DNA from: Polyangiales bacterium
Lineage (GTDB): Bacteria > Myxococcota_A > Polyangia > Polyangiales > Polyangiaceae
NCBI GenBank assembly: GCA_038231275.1
Contig: JBBRLQ010000002.1
Location: 480,001-544,000 of the forward strand
Length of the DNA: 64,000 bases
Direction of reading: 5' to 3'
Below the pieces are notes generated by a model. The model searched no databases and was not told where the DNA came from. It saw only the letters and a program-made list of their open reading frames with translations. A program made the translations under genes and the position numbers. This document shows, piece after piece, positions 54,126 through 62,955 of the stretch (position 1 is the first letter of the stretch; every line of letters starts with the position of its first letter).

Positions 54126-55517
54126 ATGCCGATCGGACCCAGGTACCGCGCCACGCCGCGCATCGTCGAGCTCGGCGACGGCTTTTACGACGAGGTCGTG
54201 GCCGCGAAGTTCCCGGCGCACGTGCTGCGGTACCGCGACGTCCCGTGGGCCGCGCGCGTCGGCCTCGACGCGCTCGACGCGGCGGAGTGGGAGTCGCATT
54301 TCGCGCGCTTCGTCCCGCTGCCCGACAACCTCCCGCGCCCGCTGGCGCTCCGCTACCACGGCCACCAGTTCGACGTGTACAACCCCGACCTGGGCGACGG
54401 ACGCGGCTTCCTCTTCGCGCAGCTCGAGGACGACGCGGGGCGCCTGCTCGATCTCGGGACCAAGGGAAGCGGCACGACGCCGTGGTCGCGCGGCGGCGAC
54501 GGGCGCCTCACCTTGAAGGGCGGTGTTCGCGAGGTCCTCGCGACGACGATGCTCGAGGCGCTCGGCGTCACGACGTCGGTGTCGTTCAGCCTCTTCGAGA
54601 CCGGCGAGAAGCTGCACCGCGGCGACGAGCCCTCCCCTACCCGATCGTCGGTCCTCGTGCGCCTCGGTCACTCGCACATTCGCTTCGGCACGTTCCAGCG
54701 CCTCGCGCACGCGACCGACGTGCCGCGCCTCGAGCGCCTCCTCGCGTACGCGATCCGCCACTATTTCCCGCACGTCGCGGCGGCGCGCGACCCCGCGGAC
54801 GCGTTCTTTCGCGAAGTCGTGAAGCGAAGCGCCACGCTCGCCGCGAGCTACATGATGAGCGGCTTCGTCCACGGAGTCTTGAACTCCGACAACATGATGA
54901 TCACCGGCGAGAGCATGGACTACGGGCCGTACCGCTTCTTGCCCGAGTACGATCTGGACTTCGTCGCCGCGTACTTCGACCACACGGGCCTCTACGCGTA
55001 CGGCAACCAGCCGCGCGCGATCTTTCGCAACGTGCTCCGACTCGGCGGCGCGCTGCGGTTGATCGCGCCCGATTTGCCGCTCGGCGCGGCCGGTGCCCTG
55101 TTCGAAGAGACGCTCGCGCACGAGACGCGCATGAGGCTCGTCCGGCGGCTCGGCCTCGTGCCCGACGGCGACACGGACGAAGCGCTCGCCGCCGCGGCGT
55201 TCGCGTTCCTCGCCGAGAAGCGGGTCGGTTTCGAGCGTTTCTTCTTCGATGTTCATGGCGGCGCGGCACCTAAGCGAGATGCGTACACCGGCGCGCGGTG
55301 GGACGAGCTCGCGCGCCTCCTCGAGCTCTACGCGCCGGTCTCGTCGCGTCGTCACGCTTACTTCGACGGCGACGCGCCGTGCACGCTCCTCATCGACGAA
55401 ATTGAGGCAATCTGGGGCGCGATCGCCACGCAGGACGACTGGGGCCCGTTCGAGGACAAGCTCCTGCGCATCCGCGCGATGGGCGAGGCGCAGCGCAACC
55501 CTCTAGTCCTGCGGTGA
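54126..55517 (+). CDS. selO: Protein adenylyltransferase SelO/YdiU
   Basis: YHGHQF, LGDGRG, KGSGTTPWSRGGDGR, GFVHGVLNSDNM and DYGP motifs. Confidence 0.93.
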   Translation: MPIGPRYRATPRIVELGDGFYDEVVAAKFPAHVLRYRDVPWAARVGLDALDAAEWESHFARFVPLPDNLPRPLALRYHGHQFDVYNPDLGDGRGFLFAQLEDDAGRLLDLGTKGSGTTPWSRGGDGRLTLKGGVREVLATTMLEALGVTTSVSFSLFETGEKLHRGDEPSPTRSSVLVRLGHSHIRFGTFQRLAHATDVPRLERLLAYAIRHYFPHVAAARDPADAFFREVVKRSATLAASYMMSGFVHGVLNSDNMMITGESMDYGPYRFLPEYDLDFVAAYFDHTGLYAYGNQPRAIFRNVLRLGGALRLIAPDLPLGAAGALFEETLAHETRMRLVRRLGLVPDGDTDEALAAAAFAFLAEKRVGFERFFFDVHGGAAPKRDAYTGARWDELARLLELYAPVSSRRHAYFDGDAPCTLLIDEIEAIWGAIATQDDWGPFEDKLLRIRAMGEAQRNPLVLR

Positions 55518-56267
55518 AGGATCCGCGGCCGCGAGCTCGGCGAGCACCGGGTTGTGATCGCTGAGCGCATGCCACCTCGCGCCGCGGACGACGCGGCAGG
55601 CGACGAGGCGCGGACGCCACGCGCGCGGGACGAAGATGCCGTCGCAGTGGTAGGGCGTCGTCGGGTTCGTGCTCCAGCGAAGGGTCTGCGCGAGGGGGCG
55701 ATTTGGGTGGAGCGTCTGCCAGCAGCTGACGAGATCCAGCTCGGCGCCGATTCGATCGAGGAGGGCGCGCTCGCCGCGACTGAGCTTGCGCGGGTGATTC
55801 TCGGGACGGTAGCCGACCGCGACGTTGAAATCGCCGCCGAGCACGACGTCTGCGCCGTCTCCTAGGCGAACGACGCGATCGAGGATTTCGTGCATCGTCT
55901 TGACGTAACCGCGCTCGCCCGCCGGTCCATGGACGCTGAAGAGACGGAGCGGGCGCGAGGACCAGCGCGCGCTGTCGAGCTCGCCGGCCGTCACCCACCC
56001 GCCGAACTGCGGGACGGCGATCGGCGCGAGTGTGGCGCCGCGAACGAAGAGACCCGTGCCCCATCGTGGCGATCGCGCGGGCGCCCACGCGAACGAGTCG
56101 GCGGCGGCGGTTCGGAAGCGCTCTCCAGGGCAATGCTCGGGGGGACGGCACTCCTGCCCGAAGACGACATCGGGGCGAAGCGCCTTCATGACGCGCGACC
56201 ACTGCCCAGCGCGCTTGGCGCTCCCCCCTGCGAGGAAGTTGTAGGCGACGAGGCGAAGGGAGGACAT
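55503..56267 (-). CDS. Endonuclease/exonuclease/phosphatase (EEP) family protein
   Basis: VAYN, DVVFGQE, GGDFN, HCDGIF and SDHNPV motifs. Confidence 0.88.
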   Translation of the reverse strand: MSSLRLVAYNFLAGGSAKRAGQWSRVMKALRPDVVFGQECRPPEHCPGERFRTAAADSFAWAPARSPRWGTGLFVRGATLAPIAVPQFGGWVTAGELDSARWSSRPLRLFSVHGPAGERGYVKTMHEILDRVVRLGDGADVVLGGDFNVAVGYRPENHPRKLSRGERALLDRIGAELDLVSCWQTLHPNRPLAQTLRWSTNPTTPYHCDGIFVPRAWRPRLVACRVVRGARWHALSDHNPVLAELAAADPSPQD

Positions 56268-56353
56268 CGAAGTCCCTCGCAGTATGCCGGACGCCGCGTC
56301 GCCGAAGCACGTGGCCCGACCAAATCAGGTGCCAACCGCGGTAGACTGCGGCG

Positions 56354-57376
56354 ATGCCAGCGACCGCGCCCCCACATTTCGACCTCGCGACCGCCGCGCG
56401 GCGCCTGGTCGAGAGCTCGCTGGGGGTGAAGGACGGGGAGCGCGTCGCGGTCATCAGCGACCGCGCGCACGCGGCGATGGCCGACGAGCTCGCGCGCGCG
56501 ATCGGGCAGCTCGGCGGCACCAGCGCGCTCGTCGTCCTCGAAGACTTCGCGCCGCGTCCGCAAGTCCACGCCAGCCCCGGCGTCCTCGCGGCCCTCGAAG
56601 GGGCGAGCGCGAGCGTCCTCGTGTGCAGCTTCTACGGCGGCGAGTACGCGATGCGGCGCGAGCTCGTCGCCGAGGCCGAGCGTCGCAAGCTCCGTCACGC
56701 GCACATGGTCGGCCTGACGCAGCGCTCGATGGTCGCCGGGCTCGCCGCCGATCCCGAGAAGATCGCGGCGCTGTCGCTGGCCGTCCTCGCCCGGATGAAG
56801 CCGGCCTCGGTGCTCCGCGTTCGGAGCGCGGCGGGGACGGATCTGACGGTGCGCCTCGAGCCGAAGCACCGCTGGGTGAACCACTCGGGCGTCATCCGCG
56901 CGGGCACGAAGGAGAACCTGCCGGCCGGCGAGGTCGTCACCTGTCCCGCGGACGCGTCGGGCGTCTATGTCGCGAACGGCACGCTCGGCGACGCGACGGG
57001 ATCGTTCGCGGGGAACCTGACCAAGGCCGCGCTCGTGCTGCACGTCGAAGGCGGCGTCGTGAAGCGCGTCGAGGGCAGCGACGCGACGCTGGCGAGGCGC
57101 ATCCAAGTGGCGATGCGGGGCGTGCCCAACCTCGACCGCGTCGCGCTCGTGAGCCTCGGGACGAACCCCGAGATGCGCGAGCCGGTCGGCGAGATCTTCG
57201 TGGATCAGACGCTGCCGAGCCTCCACGTGTCGCTCGGCCTCACGTTCCCGGAGCGAACCGGCGCGTCGTGGAGCTGCGAGCGGTGGATCGGCTTCACGAC
57301 CGCCGGCACCGACGTGGAGGTCGACGGCGCGCCGCTCCTGCGCGCCGGGCGCTACCTGATCGAGCCGAAGGCGTGA
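56354..57376 (+). CDS. M29 aminopeptidase-like protein, probably catalytically degenerate
   Basis: SLGVKDGERVAVISD, AGTDLTV, NLPAGEV, LGTNP and HVSLG motifs; several metal ligands substituted. Confidence 0.8.
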   Translation: MPATAPPHFDLATAARRLVESSLGVKDGERVAVISDRAHAAMADELARAIGQLGGTSALVVLEDFAPRPQVHASPGVLAALEGASASVLVCSFYGGEYAMRRELVAEAERRKLRHAHMVGLTQRSMVAGLAADPEKIAALSLAVLARMKPASVLRVRSAAGTDLTVRLEPKHRWVNHSGVIRAGTKENLPAGEVVTCPADASGVYVANGTLGDATGSFAGNLTKAALVLHVEGGVVKRVEGSDATLARRIQVAMRGVPNLDRVALVSLGTNPEMREPVGEIFVDQTLPSLHVSLGLTFPERTGASWSCERWIGFTTAGTDVEVDGAPLLRAGRYLIEPKA

Positions 57377-58161
57377 CGACGGAGGGCGCGGAGGAGCGGC
57401 TCGCACGCCACCTCGGCGTCGTCACTCGGCAGGCGATGGAGGTCGCGGCTCCGTTCACGAACGGCCCGCGCACCCCGGAGGTGCTGGAACGCATCGTCGC
57501 GGGGCTCTTCGCGTACGAGGACCTCACCAAGCGCGCGCTCGTCGACGCGCTCGCGCGCGATCCGAAGTGCTTGCCCGTGTGCGCGCCAGGCTGCGCGTTC
57601 TGCTGTCACCTGTCGGTGTTCGCGTCGGTGCCCGAGCTGCTCCACCTGGCCCGGCACCTCCGCGCGACCCTCGATGCGCCGGCACTCGCCGCGAAGGCGT
57701 CGGCGATCACGGCGGCGGCAGCGGCGATCCGCGAGCTCGATCAGGCGGGCCGAGCCGCGGCGAAGCGCGCGTGTCCGCTCCTCGACGAAGGGAGCGGGCG
57801 CTGCGGCGTCTATGCGGCGCGACCGCTCGCCTGCCGCGCGTACAACTCCTGCGATGCCAGCGTGTGCGAGAAGGCGTTCGTCGACGCGCGCGTGCGCTGG
57901 GACATGCCGGTGGACCTTTTTCAGCTGACGGTCGGCCGCAACGTGCGAACCGGCCTCGCCGCCGCCATCGCCGCTGCGGGGCTCGACCCTGGGCCCTACG
58001 AGCTCGCCGCGGGCCTCGCGGTTGCCCTGACGACGCCCGACGCCGAGGCGCGTTGGCTCGCCGGGGAGCCGATTTTCGCCGCGGCGGAGACGCGCATCGG
58101 ACGGGAGCGTCGCGACGCCTGGCGCGAGGCGTTCGCGCGCGCCGCCACCGACGCGCCCTGA
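57373..58161 (+). CDS. YkgJ family Zn/Fe-S cysteine-cluster protein
   Basis: CAPGCAFCC, CPLLD...CGVYAARPLACRAY; GTGA overlap. Confidence 0.88.
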   Translation: MTTEGAEERLARHLGVVTRQAMEVAAPFTNGPRTPEVLERIVAGLFAYEDLTKRALVDALARDPKCLPVCAPGCAFCCHLSVFASVPELLHLARHLRATLDAPALAAKASAITAAAAAIRELDQAGRAAAKRACPLLDEGSGRCGVYAARPLACRAYNSCDASVCEKAFVDARVRWDMPVDLFQLTVGRNVRTGLAAAIAAAGLDPGPYELAAGLAVALTTPDAEARWLAGEPIFAAAETRIGRERRDAWREAFARAATDAP

Positions 58162-58316
58162 CCGGCTCGAATACCCGAGCGAAGCCGCGGCGCTGCGGAG
58201 TCGATGGGGTGGCGCACGAACTCGTTACGTCTGCGCGCGTCATTGACCGCAAAAAAAGGCTCGATTCGGCGCTTTTGGGCTGTCTCCAACGCGGCGATGC
58301 GACTAGCTTGCCGCGC

Positions 58317-61295
58317 ATGCAACTCGGACCCCTCCGCGCCGTTGGCGCGGCTCTCGCGCTCATGGGCCTCGCTCTCTCCGCCACCGCGTCGTGCAACGGC
58401 GATCGCACAAGCGGTCCGGAGGTCGCGGAGACGGTCGACGCCTCGGCGTCCGCGCTGACGGCGACCGGAGCCGGCGCCACGAAGCCGGTGAACGCGGCGG
58501 CCCGTCCGGAGCCGACGACGCCGAACTACTTCGCCGGTCCGGCGGACACGTCGACGTCGGTGGTGCAGCGCGCGCCGCGCATCGGCGTCGCCGAGCCGCA
58601 CGCGACGATCCCGTTCCGCGACATGCCGAACGCGCAGGCCGCAGATGAGGACGAGCGCCACGAGCACGAGCCCGGCCGGAACCCGTTCACGTTCCCGGTT
58701 CACGCGGAGGGCGACAAGGTCCTCCAGTCGGCGCTGCCGACGACCACGATGCCGGTGACCATCCAGAACTTCCTCGGCCAGGGCTCGACCCTCGGCGGCT
58801 GCATCTTCCCGAAGCCCGACGGTGGCGAGCCGACCGGCTGCACCACGCGCGGCGATCCGCCGGACACCGTCGGCGCTGTCGGTCCGAACCACTACGTCCA
58901 GGCGATCAACAGCGGCATCGCGATCTGGAGCAAGGCCGGCACCCTCATGGGCACACCGAAGTTCACGAGCACCCTCTGGGCGACGCACCCGACGACCGAC
59001 GGCAACAAGTGCGGCGCCTCGCCGGCGCAGGGCGGCGACTGGGGCGACGCGGTCGTCATGTACGACCAGATGGCCGATCGTTTCATCATCACCCAGTTCG
59101 ACATCACGAACGGCGTGAACAACAACGTCGGTCCGTCGTACCAGTGCGTCGCCGTCTCGCAGACGGGCGATCCGACGGGCGCGTACTGGACGTACGACTT
59201 TCAGTACTCGGTCGCGATCAACGACTACGGTAAATTCAGCGTGTGGCCCGACGCGTACTACGCCAGCTTCAACAACTTCGATCCGTTCTTCACGGGCGGC
59301 GAGGTCTGCGCGTACGACAGGAAGGCGATGCTGACCGGCGTGCCGGCGACCCAGCAGTGCTTCAACAACGGCGGCTTCGGCTTTCTGCCCGGTCACCTCG
59401 ACGGCTCGGTCCGTCCGCCGCTCGGCGAGCCCGCGTTCTTCATGACGCTCGGCAGTGGCGCCAACGTCCGCCTCTACAAATTCCACGTCGACTGGACGAC
59501 GCCCGCGAGCAGCACGTTCACGGGCCCGACGACCATCCCGGTCGCGGCCTACACGTCGCTCTGCAACGGCAGCTCGTGCGTCCCGCAGCCGGCGCCGGGC
59601 AACCAGCTCGCGTCGCTCGCCGACCGCATGATGTTCCGTCTCTCGTACCGTAACTTCGGCACGCACGAGGCGCTCTTCGTGAACCACTCGGTCTCCGCTG
59701 GCGGCGCCGGCGGCATCCGCTGGTACGAGATCCGCTCGCCCAACGCGACGCCGACCGTGTTCCAGCAAGGCACCTACGCCCCCGCCGACGGCAACTACCG
59801 CTGGATGGGCAGCATCGCGCAGGATCAGGCGCAGGACATCGCGATCGGCTACGCGCTCTCGAGCGCCACGACCAGACCGTCGATCGCGTGGACGGGTCGC
59901 GTCGCGAGCGATCCCGCGGGCACGATGGGGCAGGCCGAGGCGGTCATCCTCGCGGGCGGCGGCGTCGAGACCGGCAGCTTCAGCAACGGCCAGCTCGCGC
60001 AGCGCTACGGCGACTACAGCAACATGACCGTCGACCCGACCGACGACTGCACCTTCTGGTACACGCAGGAGGCCTACCCCTCGAACGGCATCTTCAACTA
60101 CGACACGCGCATCTCGTCGGTGAAGTTCCCGAACTGCGCGGCGAACGATTTCACGATCACCGTGACGCCGCCGCTCCGGAGCATCCTCCGCGGCGCGACG
60201 GGTCAGTACACGGTGACGACGGCCTCGACCAAGGGGGCCGCCGAGTCGATCGTGCTCAACATCCAGGATCTGCCCACGGGCGTGACCAGCGCGTTCGCTC
60301 CGGCCACCGTGACAGCGGGCGCCACGTCCACGTTGACCTTGACCGTCGCCGCGGGCGCGCCGCTCACGGCCAACCCGGTGACGTTCACCGTCATCGGCAA
60401 GGCGCCGGCGGCCGTCCACGCCGCGACCGCGCAGGTCGCCGTCGTCGCATGCGTGCCCGCAACGTGCGGCGCCGGCCTCAACTGCGGCACGATCCCCGAC
60501 GGCTGCGGCGGCCAGACCAGCTGCGGCCCCGCGTGCACCGCTCCGCTGACCTGCGGCGGCGGCGGCACGGCCAACGTCTGCGGCTGCACGCCCATCGCCG
60601 CGTGCCCCGCGGGGCTGAACTGCGGCACCGTCCCGGACGGCTGCGGCGGCCAGAAGAGCTGCGGCACGTGCACCGCGCCCAACACTTGCGCGGGCGGCGG
60701 CACCGCCAACGTCTGCGGTTGCACGGCGATCACTACCTGCGCAGCCGGGCAGAACTGCGGCACCATCTCGAACGGCTGCGGCGGCACCGTGACCTGCGGG
60801 CCCGCGTGCACGTCGCCGAACACCTGCGGCGGCGGCGGATCGGCGAACGTCTGCGGCTGCCCGAAGACGTCGTGCTCCGCGCAATCGGCCGAGTGCGGCT
60901 CGATCTCCGACGCCTGTGGGGGGACCCTCGATTGCGGCACCTGCACGGGCAACGCGCAGTGCACCGCCAACAAGTGCGTCACGTCGGGCTCATCCGGCTC
61001 GTCTGGCACCTCGGGCACCTCCGGCACCTCGGGAACGTCCGGCACCTCCGGCACCTCCGGCACCTCCGGCACCTCCGGCACCTCCGGCACGTCCGGCACC
61101 TCCGGCACTTCCGGCACGTCCGGCACGTCCGGCGCCGATGGAAGCACCGACGGCGGAAGCGGCGGCACCGGGACCGACAGCGGCTGCGGTTGCCGTACGG
61201 TCGACTCGCGCAGCACGCCGTCGTGGGCCTTCTTCGGTGCGTCGGGTCTCGGCATCGCCGGCATCGTTCGCCGGCGCCGCCGCGGCAAGCGCTGA
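58317..61295 (+). CDS. Large surface protein: conserved N-terminal beta-rich domain, Ig-like domain, Cys-rich CG..DGCGG repeats, (SGT)n linker, MYXO-CTERM anchor
   Basis: [48 protein letters not shown]-terminal GCGCR + hydrophobic segment + RRRRR. Confidence 0.88.
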   Translation: MQLGPLRAVGAALALMGLALSATASCNGDRTSGPEVAETVDASASALTATGAGATKPVNAAARPEPTTPNYFAGPADTSTSVVQRAPRIGVAEPHATIPFRDMPNAQAADEDERHEHEPGRNPFTFPVHAEGDKVLQSALPTTTMPVTIQNFLGQGSTLGGCIFPKPDGGEPTGCTTRGDPPDTVGAVGPNHYVQAINSGIAIWSKAGTLMGTPKFTSTLWATHPTTDGNKCGASPAQGGDWGDAVVMYDQMADRFIITQFDITNGVNNNVGPSYQCVAVSQTGDPTGAYWTYDFQYSVAINDYGKFSVWPDAYYASFNNFDPFFTGGEVCAYDRKAMLTGVPATQQCFNNGGFGFLPGHLDGSVRPPLGEPAFFMTLGSGANVRLYKFHVDWTTPASSTFTGPTTIPVAAYTSLCNGSSCVPQPAPGNQLASLADRMMFRLSYRNFGTHEALFVNHSVSAGGAGGIRWYEIRSPNATPTVFQQGTYAPADGNYRWMGSIAQDQAQDIAIGYALSSATTRPSIAWTGRVASDPAGTMGQAEAVILAGGGVETGSFSNGQLAQRYGDYSNMTVDPTDDCTFWYTQEAYPSNGIFNYDTRISSVKFPNCAANDFTITVTPPLRSILRGATGQYTVTTASTKGAAESIVLNIQDLPTGVTSAFAPATVTAGATSTLTLTVAAGAPLTANPVTFTVIGKAPAAVHAATAQVAVVACVPATCGAGLNCGTIPDGCGGQTSCGPACTAPLTCGGGGTANVCGCTPIAACPAGLNCGTVPDGCGGQKSCGTCTAPNTCAGGGTANVCGCTAITTCAAGQNCGTISNGCGGTVTCGPACTSPNTCGGGGSANVCGCPKTSCSAQSAECGSISDACGGTLDCGTCTGNAQCTANKCVTSGSSGSSGTSGTSGTSGTSGTSGTSGTSGTSGTSGTSGTSGTSGTSGTSGADGSTDGGSGGTGTDSGCGCRTVDSRSTPSWAFFGASGLGIAGIVRRRRRGKR
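61002..61127 (+). repeat. Coding 9-bp tandem repeat (TCCGGCACC-like) x14 encoding (Ser-Gly-Thr)14
   Basis: Directly visible in the sequence; variation confined to third codon positions. Confidence 0.95.
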
Positions 61296-61372
61296 CGTCA
61301 CCGCTCAGGCGGCGCGTTCCTGCGCCTCGTGGCATGCGCCCACTGTGAACACGCTGGAAAAGGTGCACCCAA

Positions 61373-62896
61373 ATGCGCGCGCTCTTCGTCCGTACGTCCG
61401 CCGTACTCGCGTTCGCGCTCGCACCCGCGTTGGGGTGCTCCACGTCGACGTCGTCTTCCTCCTCGTCGGGTGGTGCGTCCGGAGACTGCACCGCCAATTG
61501 CGAAGCCTCGGGCGGCGCAGGGCAGAAGGTCTGCGGCACCGACAAAGTCACCTACGACGGCTGCGCGTGGGACTGCGGTAAGGTCCCCGTCGGCGTCTCG
61601 ATCTTCCCCGGCGCGTGCCAGGGCGACGGCTCCCCCGACGCCGACGCTCCCCCGACGCCGGCCGACGGCGACGTCATCTGCGACTACCTGAAGATCGGCA
61701 GCACCTGGCAGCCCATCGAGTGCGCGAAGGAGCTCCAGACCCTAACCGACGACGGCTCGACCTACCTCGACGGGAACAACGGCGCGGCGTTCCTCAGCAC
61801 CACGTCGACGCACGGCACGATCCACACGCTCGCGGGCGATCCGCCGGCAGAGGTGGATCACCGCTCACGCTACGGCGCGGTCAAGACCCAAGGCGCCGCC
61901 TCGAGCTGCACTGCCTTCGCGATGACCGCCGCGCTCGAAGGCGCGATCGCGTCGTCGATCGGGGACAAGACCCAGCTGAGCGACATGCACCTGTGGAGCC
62001 GCTACTACGCTCCGAGCGTGGAGGCCTGCGCGAAGGCATCGGAGAAGGGCAGCGTCGCGACGCTCGCCGACGCGAACGCGAACGGGCTCGCGTACGACGA
62101 GACGCTCGCGGCGTCGTGGGAGCAGAAGAAGGCGACGCCCGACGCGGCTGTGGTGTCGAAGGCCGACTCCCTCGGCCTCTTCGACATCGCGCGCGTCGAC
62201 CTGGTCGGCCAGAGCGGCCAGAAGCCCACCGCGGCGCAGATGCAAAAATCGCTGGTGGAAGGCCTCGATCTCTTCGTCGCGATGTTCACGAGCGACGCGT
62301 GGAACGCGCCGAACAACGGGGTCATCGCCGACTACGCGCCGTCGTCGCAGGGGGGCCACGCGATCCTCGTCGTCGGCTACAAGCAGATCAACGGGCAGCC
62401 TTACTTCATCTTCCGCAACTCGTGGGGCGCGTGGGCGGATGGGGGCTATGGCTACATCTCGTTCAAGACGATGGAGGCGAACATCAACATCGCGCTCGGC
62501 GTCGGCGTGAAGCGCAAGGTCGAGGCGCCCGCGACATGCACCCCCGGCCAATCGGCCGATCTCCGCGGGACCTGCCGCAAGGTCTGCGACGACAAGTCGC
62601 TCGCGGACGACGCCGGCAACTGCGGACCGCCTCAAGTGACGTGCGGCGCCGGCCAGACGGCAGATGCGTCGGGCACCTGCGTGACTTCGTGCAAGGCGGG
62701 AGATCAGACCGGCACGGGCTTCAAGGTCTCGTGCGCCGATCGCGCGTGCGCGTGGACGATCGACGCCGGCGTCGGCGGGTGCCCGGCCGGCGGTCAACCG
62801 TGCACGCAGACCTGCCCCGCGCCGACGTGCGCGATCACCACGAAGCAGAACGAGCTGAAGCAGACGATCTTCGCCTGCGCGGCGCCGAATCAGTAG
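61373..62896 (+). CDS. Papain-like C1 family cysteine peptidase lipoprotein with Cys-rich flanks
   Basis: Lipobox LGC; QGAASSCTAFA (Gln/Cys), GGHAILVVGY (His), RNSWG (Asn). Confidence 0.9.
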   Translation: MRALFVRTSAVLAFALAPALGCSTSTSSSSSSGGASGDCTANCEASGGAGQKVCGTDKVTYDGCAWDCGKVPVGVSIFPGACQGDGSPDADAPPTPADGDVICDYLKIGSTWQPIECAKELQTLTDDGSTYLDGNNGAAFLSTTSTHGTIHTLAGDPPAEVDHRSRYGAVKTQGAASSCTAFAMTAALEGAIASSIGDKTQLSDMHLWSRYYAPSVEACAKASEKGSVATLADANANGLAYDETLAASWEQKKATPDAAVVSKADSLGLFDIARVDLVGQSGQKPTAAQMQKSLVEGLDLFVAMFTSDAWNAPNNGVIADYAPSSQGGHAILVVGYKQINGQPYFIFRNSWGAWADGGYGYISFKTMEANINIALGVGVKRKVEAPATCTPGQSADLRGTCRKVCDDKSLADDAGNCGPPQVTCGAGQTADASGTCVTSCKAGDQTGTGFKVSCADRACAWTIDAGVGGCPAGGQPCTQTCPAPTCAITTKQNELKQTIFACAAPNQ

Positions 62897-62955
62897 CCTC
62901 GTCGCAGGGTGGGGACTGGCGGCGCGCGTGATGCTGCCCCATAGTCACGCAGCCG

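Noticed and set aside
54126..55517. Selenocysteine or redox C-terminal motif in SelO
   Set aside because: The ORF ends ...RNPLVLR-TGA without the CSS/USS-type context, and the TGA lies inside the convergent EEP gene; no evidence of recoding
56268..58316. Crocagin-like RiPP cluster around the M29 homolog
   Set aside because: No precursor peptide, dioxygenase or other tailoring genes adjacent; only the degenerate peptidase-YkgJ pair is reported
61002..61127. Tandem repeat as a CRISPR array or non-coding VNTR
   Set aside because: 9-bp units with no spacers, in frame as (SGT)14 with synonymous variation; no cas genes present
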